Source of the DNA: Burkholderiaceae bacterium
GTDB lineage: Bacteria; Pseudomonadota; Gammaproteobacteria; Burkholderiales; Burkholderiaceae_C
Length of the DNA stretch: 64,000 bases
Assembly (NCBI GenBank): GCA_026125795.1
Contig: JAHCKM010000006.1
Span: 75,719-139,718, forward strand
Reading direction: 5' to 3'
Below the pieces are notes generated by a model. It was not told where the DNA came from. It did no database searches and worked only from the letters and a program-made list of their open reading frames with translations. Below, piece by piece: positions 54,791 through 63,430 of this stretch. The position numbers and the translations under genes are program-made. Within the stretch, counting starts at the first letter, position 1, and the number at the start of each line of letters is the position of its first letter.

Positions 54791-55234
54791 TCAGGCGCGT
54801 GGCGGATGCCGAGGCGGCGCGACCATGCGCGCGCTGGGTTGCCACCGATCGGCGGTGGCCCACACGTGCTGCAGGCCGGAGACCGCCGACCACACGTCGA
54901 GCAGACGCGGCGCCGGCGCGGTCACCAGCGCCGCGAGCGCGGCGCCGTGCAGGTCGCTGCCGAGCACCGACACGTCACCGGCGGCGTGCGCATGGGCCGC
55001 GCCGGCTGCATGCGCGCGCGCATGCGTGTCGTGCGCGTCGACGCGGTCGCCGGCGTGACGCCACAGCAGCATCGGCCGGGACACGCCATCGAGCGACGCA
55101 TGCCGGTGCGACACGCTGCGCAGCGCGACCGCGCCGGCGGCCAGCGCCTGCGCGCACAGCACCAGCGCCAGCCATGCCCCGAGCCAGCGTTTCAGCGACT
55201 CGGCGGTGGTGGGCGTGGCACGGGCTCGATGCAT
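54791..55234 (-). CDS. His-rich membrane-anchored/secreted hypothetical protein
   Basis: ATG 55234 lies inside ORF 54791..55273. It has one hydrophobic N-terminal segment (WLGAWLALVLCAQALAAGAVA). There are 12 His in 147 aa, including HDTHARAHAAGAAHAH. Third-codon-position GC is very high, which supports coding. Confidence 0.5.
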   Translation of the reverse strand: MHRARATPTTAESLKRWLGAWLALVLCAQALAAGAVALRSVSHRHASLDGVSRPMLLWRHAGDRVDAHDTHARAHAAGAAHAHAAGDVSVLGSDLHGAALAALVTAPAPRLLDVWSAVSGLQHVWATADRWQPSARMVAPPRHPPRA

Positions 55235-55451
55235 GGCACCGGATACGAAGCATAGGCGGTAGCGGATGCACACACCTGCTGCGGCGCGCTGTCGCGCGCG
55301 ACTTGGGCTCGGATGACTTCTTGCCCTTGACCACGGCGGTGGGCATCTGCGCCGGCTGGGCGGCGCTTTGAGCCTGCATGCTCGCGCAGGGCAAGCGCGA
55401 GCGCGGACGGCACAACGCCCGGCGTTCGCCCCAGCGCGTTTCAGCGCGTCG

Positions 55452-56135
55452 TCAGGTGCCGGTCCAGTTGAAGTTCGGTATCGCCGTCAGCGTCGAGCCG
55501 ATCTGGATCGTGATCAGCCGCTTGGACTTGAGCTCTACCGCGCCGGGGTCACCGTCGTGGCGCACCGTGGTGCCGTCGTCGGTGACGTAGACGACGATCG
55601 GCAAGCCAGTGATGCCGCCGACGTTGGTGCTCGACAGCGGCTGACCCCAGATCTTGAAGAAGCTGCCCAGCGTGTAGCTCACCGGCACCGGCGATTCCAC
55701 GTGCAGCCGCCCCGCGGCGTCGTGGTTGTGGATCTGATAGAAGCAGCCCGGGGTGGTCGACGTCGCCGGCACCTGGCCCAGGTTGTTCGGCACCCGCAGC
55801 AGCTGGCCGTTGAGCACGATCGCGAGGTGCGTGTGGATGTGGAAGGTCTCGTCCATCGCACGGCACGGGATGCCGTCGATGGTTTCTCCCTTGCCGCCGG
55901 CTGCGTTGCTGTTGTTGCCCCAGAAATCCATGCCCTGCGCCGCCGCGACGCCGCTGATGTCGATGGCCGGCTGGGCCAGCGGCGGGATCGGCGCCGGCGC
56001 GGGCGCCGGTGCCGGCGGCGGTGGCGGCGGTGCCGCAGCGCCGCCGTCGGCCGGATCGTCTCCACCGCCGCCGCAGCTCCACAACACTGCAGCGGCGAAC
56101 AACGGAACCAGTGCACGGACTCGGTTGTTATGCAT
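55452..56135 (-). CDS. lipoprotein with Pro/Ala linker and His-motif beta-rich domain (unknown family)
   Basis: ATG 56135. The lipobox is AAVLWSC and the linker is APPPPPPAPAPAPAPIPP. His clusters are FHIHTHLAIVLNG and FYQIHNHDAAGRLHVESP. Confidence 0.7.
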   Translation of the reverse strand: MHNNRVRALVPLFAAAVLWSCGGGGDDPADGGAAAPPPPPPAPAPAPAPIPPLAQPAIDISGVAAAQGMDFWGNNSNAAGGKGETIDGIPCRAMDETFHIHTHLAIVLNGQLLRVPNNLGQVPATSTTPGCFYQIHNHDAAGRLHVESPVPVSYTLGSFFKIWGQPLSSTNVGGITGLPIVVYVTDDGTTVRHDGDPGAVELKSKRLITIQIGSTLTAIPNFNWTGT

Positions 56136-56151
56136 CAAAGGCCTCTCTCGG

Positions 56152-56772
56152 TCACGACAAATCAAGTGCGGGTGCGGGTGGCGGCGCGCGGCGCGGGCGT
56201 ACGCCTTCGGCGCGCAGCAGCAGCCAGCCGCCACCGAGCAGCGCGAGCCAGACGGTCACGGGCGCCACCAGGCGCTCGGCCGCCAACGCCCAGCCCCACT
56301 GCGAGACCGCGTGCCACCACAGTGGCAGCGACTGCGCCACCCACAACAGCCGGTAACCATCCCAGTGCGCCTCGTGGACCCACAGGTACAGCGTTGCGGC
56401 AGCAATGACAAGCAACGCCGCCACACCACCCGTGCGGTGTGCACCAACGAGCAGCACGCCGGCGGCCAGCGCGACGAACAGCACCCGCGTCAGGTCGGTG
56501 CGCCATTCGCGCTCAAAGGCGCGCTGCATCGGCGCGGCCACGTCGGCCAGCGTCGGGCGCGCCAGCCGACGCGACACGCCGCCATCGATCGACGACAGCG
56601 AGGACACCAGGGCGGCTCGCGACGACAGACACATCGGCTCGGTGGCGGCCAGCGCCAGCGCGCGCTGCTGCGGCAGCTCGGCCAGGCGCGCGGCGGGAAC
56701 GAGCCACGTCAGCACGAGCGCGAGCGCGACGGCGGCACGCAGCCAGACTGCCGGGGGATGCTCGTTTCGCAT
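56152..56772 (-). CDS. Trp-rich polytopic membrane protein (unknown family)
   Basis: This is the last 206 codons of ORF 56152..58374, from ATG 56772. It has about 5 hydrophobic segments (e.g. VLFVALAAGVLLVGA, LLVIAAATLYLWV, VTVWLALLGGGWLLL). Its stop is 16 nt before the next start. Confidence 0.6.
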   Translation of the reverse strand: MRNEHPPAVWLRAAVALALVLTWLVPAARLAELPQQRALALAATEPMCLSSRAALVSSLSSIDGGVSRRLARPTLADVAAPMQRAFEREWRTDLTRVLFVALAAGVLLVGAHRTGGVAALLVIAAATLYLWVHEAHWDGYRLLWVAQSLPLWWHAVSQWGWALAAERLVAPVTVWLALLGGGWLLLRAEGVRPRRAPPPAPALDLS

Positions 56773-56901
56773 GGGGCGGGCATGGAGGGCAAACCGCGTG
56801 CCGAAAGACGCGCTTCTCAACGCGCTGCGAACCCCGTTGCGTTCGCTTACGGGCACGCGCAACGGCCATGGCCGGCGAGCCGCCGTTGCTACAGTGGCCG
56901 C

Positions 56902-57852
56902 ATGCAGACCCTCGATGCCGACGCCACGCGCGCACGCTTGCCCGCTGCGCCGTTGATCGACGCGTTGCGCGCGCGCTTCGTGCGCGGTTGCGACATGCCG
57001 CCGCGCGCGGTGCATGCGGTGGCGCAGGCCGATGGCAAGCCGGCCGGCCATCTGCTGTTGATGCCGGCATGGCAGCCCGGTGCGTTGCTCGGCGTGAAGA
57101 TCGTCAGCGTGTTCCCCGGCAATGCGGCGCAGGGCCTGCCGTCGGTGCACGGCGTGTATCTGCTGCTCGACGCCGCCACCGGCGTGCCGCTGGCACAGCT
57201 CGATGGCAGCGAGCTGACCTCGCGGCGCACCGCGGCGGTGTCGGCGCTCGCGGCGTCGTACCTCGCACGTGCCGACGCGACGCGGCTGCTGATCGTCGGC
57301 GCGGGCCGCATCGCGTCGTTGATGGCCGAGGCCATGGCCTGCGTGCGGCCGATCGCGCGGGTGCGCGTGTGGAACCACCGCGCCAGCGGTGCGCAGGCGC
57401 TGGCGGCGCGTCTGCGCGATGGGGGTGCGGATGCGCAGGCGGTGCCTGACCTTGCAACCGCGGTGCATGAAGCCGACATCGTCAGCTGCGCCACGTTGGC
57501 CACGCAGCCGTTGATCCAGGGCGTTTGGCTGCGGCCCGGCACCCACGTCGATCTGGTGGGCAGCTTCACGCCCGAGATGCGCGAGACCGACAGCGACTGC
57601 GTGCGCCGCGCGCGCGTCTTCGTCGACCACGAGGAGGCGCTGGAGAAGGCCGGCGACCTGGTGCAGGCGGCATCCGACGGCGCGTTTGCGCCGGCCCGCT
57701 TGTCGGGCACGTTGTCGCAACTGTGCCGCGGCGAGCGCACCGGCCGCGCCGATGCGCACGAGATCACGCTGTTCAAGTCGGTGGGCAGCGCACTGCAGGA
57801 TCTGGCCGGCGCCCAGCTGGCCTGGAGCGGCACGGCGTCTGGAGATCGCTAA
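56902..57852 (+). CDS. ornithine cyclodeaminase / mu-crystallin family protein
   Basis: ATG 56902 lies inside ORF 55753..57852. The sequence is LLLMPAW...LGVKIVSVFPGN...LTSRRTAAVSALAASYLAR with a Rossmann motif (LLIVGAGRIA). Confidence 0.85.
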   Translation: MQTLDADATRARLPAAPLIDALRARFVRGCDMPPRAVHAVAQADGKPAGHLLLMPAWQPGALLGVKIVSVFPGNAAQGLPSVHGVYLLLDAATGVPLAQLDGSELTSRRTAAVSALAASYLARADATRLLIVGAGRIASLMAEAMACVRPIARVRVWNHRASGAQALAARLRDGGADAQAVPDLATAVHEADIVSCATLATQPLIQGVWLRPGTHVDLVGSFTPEMRETDSDCVRRARVFVDHEEALEKAGDLVQAASDGAFAPARLSGTLSQLCRGERTGRADAHEITLFKSVGSALQDLAGAQLAWSGTASGDR

Positions 57853-58997
57853 ACGCGGCGCTGCACCAGCAGCACCGCCGAGCTCGCGATCAGCAGCAGC
57901 GCGGCCGTCACGCTCGGCCACAGCACCGCCGCGCTCGCGGCCGAGCCGCGCACGAGCAGCGGGCCGATCAACTGGCCGAGCGCGAACGCGGCGGTCATCG
58001 TCGCGATCAGGCGTGTGGCGCGATGCGCGGCCACCTGGCGCGCATGCTGGATGCCGGCCATCGTGGCCACCACCAGCGTGCCGCCGACGCACAACGCGCA
58101 CACCAAGGTGGTGAGCAGGTTCGGCAGCAGTGCCTGCAGCAGCACGCCGAAGGCCATCACCAGCTGGCTCACGGCCCACACGCGCTGCGGCGGCCACGCT
58201 GCAAGCCAGCGCGCGGCCAGCACCGTCGATGCGGCCGCTGCCATGCCGAACGCCGGCCACACGGCGCCGAACGCGCGCGGGTCGTCGATCAATGCGCGCG
58301 CAAAGGCCGGCAGGAAGGTGGCGGGAATGATGTAGCCGAAGCCGAACGCGCCATAACAGAGCACCAGCATCCAATCATTGCGCGACAGCGCGGGCGCCTC
58401 AGAACCCGCGCTGAGAACCGGAGCCTGTTCCTCGAGGTGGCCGAACGCGAACACGGTGATCAGCACCGTCAGCGCGCCGAGCGCCATCCAGGCCCACATC
58501 GGCTCGCCGCGCAGCATGCCGGCCGCCAGACCGATCGCACCGGCGGCGGTGATGCCGATGCCCACGCCTGCGAATACCCACCCGGTGAGATCGCTGCGCC
58601 CGTGCGCCGCCAGCAACGGCAGCGCCCACGACGACACGCCCATCAACACCAGCGCGCTCGACACGCCGGCACCGAAGCGCAGCACGGCCAGCCCGATGAA
58701 CGGACCGATCCATGCGGCGGCCAGCGTGAACACGGCCACGCCGATCAGGCCCCAGCGCGTGGCGCGCGCCGGCGCAGGCGGGCGCGCCGCGTACCACAAC
58801 GCGCCGATCAGGTAGCCGAGGTAGTTGGCGCCGGCGAGCCAGCCGCCCTGGGTCAGCGTGAGGCCCTCATGCGCCTGCATCAGCGGCAGCAGCGGCGTGA
58901 ACGCGAAGCGGCCGATGCCCATTGCCGCAGCCAGCCCGAGCAGGCCGATCGCTGCAACGCGTGGGGCGGAAACGTCGGTGGCGTCGCGGCTCGGCAT
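57849..58997 (-). CDS. MFS transporter, YbfB/YjiJ-like
   Basis: The N terminus IGLLGLAAAMGIGRFAFTPLLPLMQAHEGLTLTQGGWLAGANYLGYLIGAL is typical of that subfamily. Confidence 0.85.
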   Translation of the reverse strand: MPSRDATDVSAPRVAAIGLLGLAAAMGIGRFAFTPLLPLMQAHEGLTLTQGGWLAGANYLGYLIGALWYAARPPAPARATRWGLIGVAVFTLAAAWIGPFIGLAVLRFGAGVSSALVLMGVSSWALPLLAAHGRSDLTGWVFAGVGIGITAAGAIGLAAGMLRGEPMWAWMALGALTVLITVFAFGHLEEQAPVLSAGSEAPALSRNDWMLVLCYGAFGFGYIIPATFLPAFARALIDDPRAFGAVWPAFGMAAAASTVLAARWLAAWPPQRVWAVSQLVMAFGVLLQALLPNLLTTLVCALCVGGTLVVATMAGIQHARQVAAHRATRLIATMTAAFALGQLIGPLLVRGSAASAAVLWPSVTAALLLIASSAVLLVQRRV

Positions 58998-59066
58998 GCG
59001 CGCGGCATGCTACCGCGGCATTGCAGTGAAGCCTGCACCGGCAACGCCGCGATTCGTCGGCAGCCG

Positions 59067-60053
59067 TCAGGGCACCAGCACGGCGGCACCGGTCAACGCG
59101 CCGGCACGCAGGCGCGCCAACGCTTCGTTGGCATGGCTCAACGAGAAACGCGTCGTGCTCACGCGCAGCGGCTGCTGGCGCGCCAGCGCGAGAAACTCGT
59201 GGCCATCGGCGCGCGTCAGGTTGGCCACCGACAGCAGCTGCCGCTCCTGCCACAGCAGCGCATACGGAAACGAAGGGATATCGCTCATGTGGATGCCGGC
59301 ACACACCACCCGGCCGCCCTTGCGCACCTGGGCCAGCGCGGTGGGCACCAGCGCACCCACCGGCGCGAACAGGATGGCCGCATCCAGCGGCCACGGCGCG
59401 GCTTCATCGGAGCCGCCGGCCCAGTCGCAGCCGAGCTCGAGCGCGAGCTTCTGCGCGCCGTGGTCACCGCGGCGCGTGAACGCGAGCACCGTGCGGCCCT
59501 GTGCACGCGCCACCTGCGCGATCAGGTGTGCCGCGGCGCCGAAGCCGTACAGGCCGAGCACCGGCGCATCGCCGGCGGCCTTCAACGCGCGCCAGCCGAT
59601 CAGGCCGGCGCACAGCAGCGGCGCCGCCGATGCGTCGTCCATCGCAAGGTCTTGCAGCGAGAAGCAGTAGCGTGCATCGGCCAGCGCATGCGTCGCAAAG
59701 CCGCCGTCGCGCGTGTAGCCGGTGAACACCGGTTCGTCGCACAGGTTCTCGGCCTGGCCGTCGCAGTAAGCGCAGTGTCCGCAGGTGCCGCCCAGCCATG
59801 GCAGCCCCACGCGCGCACCGACGCGCAGGTCGTCCACACCCGCGCCCAGCGCCTCCACCGTGGCGACGATCTCGTGCCCCGGCACCAGCGGCAGCTTGGG
59901 GCACGGCAACTCGCCATCGACGATGTGCAGGTCGGTGCGGCACACCGCGCAGGCGCGCACGCGCAGCAGCACCTCGCCGCGGCCCGGTGTCGGCGTGTCG
60001 CGCGACACCGGCTCCAGCGGCGCACCAGGCGCCTGCAAGGTCATTGCCAGCAT
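59067..60053 (-). CDS. zinc-dependent alcohol dehydrogenase family protein
   Basis: The start is ATG 60053 or 60044. The motifs are CAVCRTDLHIVDGE, GHEIVATV and the structural-Zn cluster CGHCAYCDGQAENLC. Confidence 0.9.
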   Translation of the reverse strand: MLAMTLQAPGAPLEPVSRDTPTPGRGEVLLRVRACAVCRTDLHIVDGELPCPKLPLVPGHEIVATVEALGAGVDDLRVGARVGLPWLGGTCGHCAYCDGQAENLCDEPVFTGYTRDGGFATHALADARYCFSLQDLAMDDASAAPLLCAGLIGWRALKAAGDAPVLGLYGFGAAAHLIAQVARAQGRTVLAFTRRGDHGAQKLALELGCDWAGGSDEAAPWPLDAAILFAPVGALVPTALAQVRKGGRVVCAGIHMSDIPSFPYALLWQERQLLSVANLTRADGHEFLALARQQPLRVSTTRFSLSHANEALARLRAGALTGAAVLVP

Positions 60054-60081
60054 CCGCCGATTGTGCGGCCGGGCCGTCCCG

Positions 60082-60272
60082 GACGGCGGAGCGAAGCGAG
60101 CAAAGGGGGCGAACACTCAGTCGGCGCCGGGCCGCCCCAAGCCGACTGATCCCCCTCGGGGGGACGGCGGAGCGAAGCGAGCAAAGGGGGCGAACACTCA
60201 GTCGGCGCCGGGCCGCCCCAAGCCGACTGATCCCCCTCGGGGGGACGGCGGAGCGAAGCGAGCAAAGGGGGC
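60082..60272. repeat. 81-bp tandem repeat, 2.35 copies, each unit containing two hairpins
   Basis: Units 60082-60162 and 60163-60243 are identical by eye. A third partial copy runs 60244-60272. The unit is gacggcggagcgaagcgagcaaagggggcgaacactcagtcggcgccgggccgccccaagccgactgatccccctcggggg. In copy 1, hairpin tcagtcggc (60117-25) pairs with gccgactga (60141-49). The palindrome ccccc-tc-ggggg lies at the unit junction. Confidence 0.9.
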
Positions 60273-60278
60273 CTACAT

Positions 60279-61109
60279 TCAATCCACGGGTTCGTCGCTG
60301 GAAAGCCACCAGCCGGGGCCGGCGACCCACGCGCTGTCGTCGGGCGCATCGTCGCGTCGCAGCGATCGGATGCCACGTTCGGGGCGCGACGCAAACGCCT
60401 CGCGCAGCGCCTGCGATTGCCGCGTGTGGCGCGCACCGATGCAGGCGATGAAGTTCACGCGCATCAGCGCACGCGCCGCGTAGCCGCGTTCGGAGCGGCG
60501 CGTCACCAGCAGCATGCAACCGCCGCCGTCATCGGCCGTGAGCGGAAACACGAGCCGCGCGCCGATGCGCATGGCATCGAGCCAGGCCGGCACCGGGTGC
60601 GTCGCGCCGGCGCTCACGTAGATCACGTCGCACGCCGGCTGCGGCGGCTCGGCGCCCGACGTGGCGCGCACGCGCACCTGCGGCCACGCCGCCAGGTTGT
60701 GGGCGGCGCGTTCGGCGAGGTGGGGCACGATCTCGTAGGCCAGCACGCGGCCCTGCGCGCCGACCAGGTGCGCCAGGATCGCGCTGTAGTAGCCGGTGCC
60801 GGCGCCCACGTGCAGCGCGGTGTCGCCCGGTTGCGGATCGCAGGCGGCGAGGCAGTGCGCGTGCAGCGACGGCTGGCCGTTGTTGATGCCGAGCTCCACG
60901 TCGAGCCCCACCAGCACGTCCTGGTAGAGCTCGCGTGCATCGTCGGTCCACTGGCGTGTGAAGCCGCCGAGCAGCGGCCACGGCGGCGGCCCCAGAAAGT
61001 CTTCGCGCGGCGTGGCGGCAAACGCAGCGCAGAGCCTGTCGTGACCGGGCCCGAGCTCGCGCACCAGCAGTTGCGCATAGGCGCGGCGCGCGTCGTCGGT
61101 GCCGGCCAC
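60279..61109 (-). CDS. protein-L-isoaspartate O-methyltransferase-like (PCMT family) methyltransferase
   Basis: The sequence is FAATPREDFL..., with the SAM motif ALHVGAGTGYYSAILAHLVG and VLAYEIVPHLAERA. Confidence 0.8.
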   Translation of the reverse strand: MAGTDDARRAYAQLLVRELGPGHDRLCAAFAATPREDFLGPPPWPLLGGFTRQWTDDARELYQDVLVGLDVELGINNGQPSLHAHCLAACDPQPGDTALHVGAGTGYYSAILAHLVGAQGRVLAYEIVPHLAERAAHNLAAWPQVRVRATSGAEPPQPACDVIYVSAGATHPVPAWLDAMRIGARLVFPLTADDGGGCMLLVTRRSERGYAARALMRVNFIACIGARHTRQSQALREAFASRPERGIRSLRRDDAPDDSAWVAGPGWWLSSDEPVD

Positions 61110-61121
61110 GATCGACGGGCC

Positions 61122-61523
61122 CTACATCGGATCGATGACCGCGACCGCTTCGATCTCGATCATCAGCTCCGGCATCACCAGCGCCTGCACGCCCACCAGC
61201 GTGCTGGCCGGCGGCGTGCCTTCGATGAAGCGGCTGCGCACCTCGCGGATCACGTCGCGGTCGGCGGGCTTGAAATCGACCACGTAGGTGGTGATCTTCA
61301 CCAGGTCGTCGATGCGCGCGCCGGCGGCGGCCAGGGCGCGCACCAGGTTCTTGAACACATGCTCGGTCTGGATGCGCAGGTCGCCCGGACCGACGACGCG
61401 GCCGTCGGCGTCGAGCGCCACCTGTCCGGCCACGTAGACCGTGGTGCCGCCGCTGGCGGTGACCACGTGCGAGTACCCCTTGGGAGGTGCCAGGTCCTCG
61501 GGCTGCGGAAACTGTTTGGCCAT
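61122..61523 (-). CDS. RidA/YjgF/L-PSP family protein
   Basis: ATG 61523 is preceded by AGGAG. Only the last 133 codons of ORF 61122..63350 are used. The sequence is KGYSHVVTASGGTTVYVAGQVALD...IQTEHVFKNL...LVKITTYV...IEIEAVA. Confidence 0.9.
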   Translation of the reverse strand: MAKQFPQPEDLAPPKGYSHVVTASGGTTVYVAGQVALDADGRVVGPGDLRIQTEHVFKNLVRALAAAGARIDDLVKITTYVVDFKPADRDVIREVRSRFIEGTPPASTLVGVQALVMPELMIEIEAVAVIDPM

Positions 61524-61563
61524 GGATCGCTCCTCTCGAGTCAACGAAGGGCCGCTCCCGAGT

Positions 61564-61607
61564 GGACTCACCCCCTCGGGGGTCGGCGGCGTTCGCGCCG
61601 CCTGGGG
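61564..61607. repeat. degenerate copy of the GC-hairpin repeat family
   Basis: The sequence ggactcaccccctcgggggtcggcggcgttcgcgccgcctgggg contains the CCCCCTCGGGGG palindrome (61571-61582) followed by a CGGCGG... core, as in the 81-bp unit. Confidence 0.45.
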
Positions 61608-61760
61608 ACGCTCTCGTTGACCGTTTGTCGCACGTGCCGGCTGACCTTGCACCGGGCGTTGTCTTGCGGCAGCCGAGCCCGCCGGCCCTACGGGTGTGTC
61701 CGTACGGCACGGCACGGCCGCCGCCCCTAGCATGGGCAACCCAAAGCCACCTGCGCCCGC

Positions 61761-63407
61761 ATGAAGCCATTGTCCGGTCTGGACGCCGCGTTCCTCTACC
61801 TCGAGACGCCCGAGATGCCGATGCACGTGGGCGCGCTGCATGTGTTCGAGCTGCCGGCCGGCCACAGGGGCCGTTTTGTGCACGACCTGCGCAAGCACAT
61901 CAAGGCGCGGCTGGCCATCGTGCCGGCGCTGCGGCGCAAGCTGTGGTGGATGCCGTTCAACCTGACCGCGCCGGCCTGGGTCGACGCCGAGCCCGATCTG
62001 ACGCAGCATATCGTCGAAATCAAGCTGCCCAAGTCGGCGCGCGCCGGCGACGGCATGGCGCAGCTCGAGGCGCAGGTGGCCGCGCTGCACCCGGTGCTGC
62101 TCGACCGCAAGCGGCCGCTGTGGAAGTTCCACGTGCTGGAGGGACTGGCCCCCACGGCGCAAGGCCACAAGCGCGTCGCGCTGTACACGCAGTTGCACCA
62201 TGCCGCGGTTGATGGCCAGGCCGCGGTGGCGCTGGCCCATGCAATCCTCGACGTCACGCCCGTGCCGCGCGCGATCGAGCTCAAGCCCGGCACGCGCACG
62301 AAGAAGTTCCGGCTCAGCATGGGCGAGTCGCTGCGCGGCGCGCTGGCCAACCAGATCGCGCAGGTCACCCACCTGGTGAAGGAGCTGCCCGGCACCGTGG
62401 GCACGCTCGGCGGCGCGGCGAAGAACGCGCTGACGAGCGGTGCGCTCAACAACATGCTGGGCGGCTTGATCGGCGGCAAGGGCGGATCGGGCAACCTCGC
62501 GCTGGCGCCGAAGACGGCGTTCAACGTGTCGGTGACCGACGCGCGCGCCTTCGCCGCGTTGTCGCTGCCTCTGGCCGAGCTCAAGGACATCGGCAAGTCG
62601 CACGAGGCGACCGTCAACGACATGGTGATGATGGTGGTGTCCACCGCGCTGCGGCGCCACCTCGGCAAGAAACACACGCTGCCCAAGAAGAGCCTGATCG
62701 CCGCGGTGCCGATCTCGTTGCGCGCGGCCGGCGACACCTCGAGCGACAACCAGGCCTCGCTGAGCCTGATCAGCCTGGGCACGCACATCGCCGATCCGCT
62801 GCAGCGGCTGCAGCACATCCGCCGCGCGAGCGCGTCGATGAAGTCGACGCTGGGCAGCGTCAAGAGCGTGCTGCCCACCGACTTCCCGTCGCTCGGCCTG
62901 CCGTGGCTGATCGAGGCGGCGGCGTCGCTGTACGGCAAGGCCAAGGTGGCCGATCGCATCCCGCAGGTGGCCAACCTGGTGATCTCCAACGTGCCGGGCC
63001 CGCCGATGCCGCTGTACCTGGCCGGCGCGCGCATGCTGACCAACTACCCCACGTCGATCGTGGTGCACGGCATGGGGTTGAACATCACGGTGCAGAGCTA
63101 CAACGGCTCGCTCGACTTCGGCCTGATGGCCGATGCCTCGGCCATGCCCGACGTGAAGGCGTTTGCGCAGGCGCTCGAGGTGGCCTTCGACGATCTGCGC
63201 GCGCTGCCGCTGCCGCACGAGCTGCAGGCCGAGGCGCCGGCCGAGCGGGTGGGCCGCGCGCTGCGCTCGGTGCGCGGGGCCGTCAGCAAGACCGTGGGCT
63301 CGGCGGTGAGCAAGACCGTGCAGGGAGCGATGACCAGCGCCGTCGGTCACGCGGTGCGCGCGGCGGCGCGCCCGGCGGCGGCCCGGTCGCGCACGCGCCG
63401 CGCCTGA
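61761..63407 (+). CDS. wax ester synthase / acyl-CoA:diacylglycerol acyltransferase (WS/DGAT) family protein
   Basis: The N terminus is MKPLSGLDAAFLYLETPEMPMHVGAL and the catalytic HHxxxDG motif is QLHHAAVDGQA. The C-terminal NVPGPPMPLYLAG is also present. Confidence 0.9.
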   Translation: MKPLSGLDAAFLYLETPEMPMHVGALHVFELPAGHRGRFVHDLRKHIKARLAIVPALRRKLWWMPFNLTAPAWVDAEPDLTQHIVEIKLPKSARAGDGMAQLEAQVAALHPVLLDRKRPLWKFHVLEGLAPTAQGHKRVALYTQLHHAAVDGQAAVALAHAILDVTPVPRAIELKPGTRTKKFRLSMGESLRGALANQIAQVTHLVKELPGTVGTLGGAAKNALTSGALNNMLGGLIGGKGGSGNLALAPKTAFNVSVTDARAFAALSLPLAELKDIGKSHEATVNDMVMMVVSTALRRHLGKKHTLPKKSLIAAVPISLRAAGDTSSDNQASLSLISLGTHIADPLQRLQHIRRASASMKSTLGSVKSVLPTDFPSLGLPWLIEAAASLYGKAKVADRIPQVANLVISNVPGPPMPLYLAGARMLTNYPTSIVVHGMGLNITVQSYNGSLDFGLMADASAMPDVKAFAQALEVAFDDLRALPLPHELQAEAPAERVGRALRSVRGAVSKTVGSAVSKTVQGAMTSAVGHAVRAAARPAAARSRTRRA

Positions 63408-63430
63408 ACAAGAAGAAGGGCCCGGGCGTC

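Noticed and set aside
57525-60149. 874-aa plus-strand ORF spanning the MFS, ADH and repeat region.
   Set aside because: It is antisense to two well-supported minus-strand genes, and its translation is Arg/Ala/Gln-rich. Its C-terminal part merely reads through the 81-bp repeat.
60082-60272. Possible CRISPR array.
   Set aside because: The repeats are contiguous 81-bp units with no unique spacers. There are only 2.35 copies, and there are no cas genes in the window.
61524-63350. Upstream part of ORF 61122..63350 (-), and the upstream parts of ORFs 56152..58374 (-), 55753..57852 (+) and 5283..7025 (+).
   Set aside because: In each case only the distal segment, after an internal ATG/GTG with an RBS or signal peptide, matches a family. 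These segments are RidA, the membrane protein, the ornithine cyclodeaminase-like protein and the serine protease. The remainder is antisense to another good gene.
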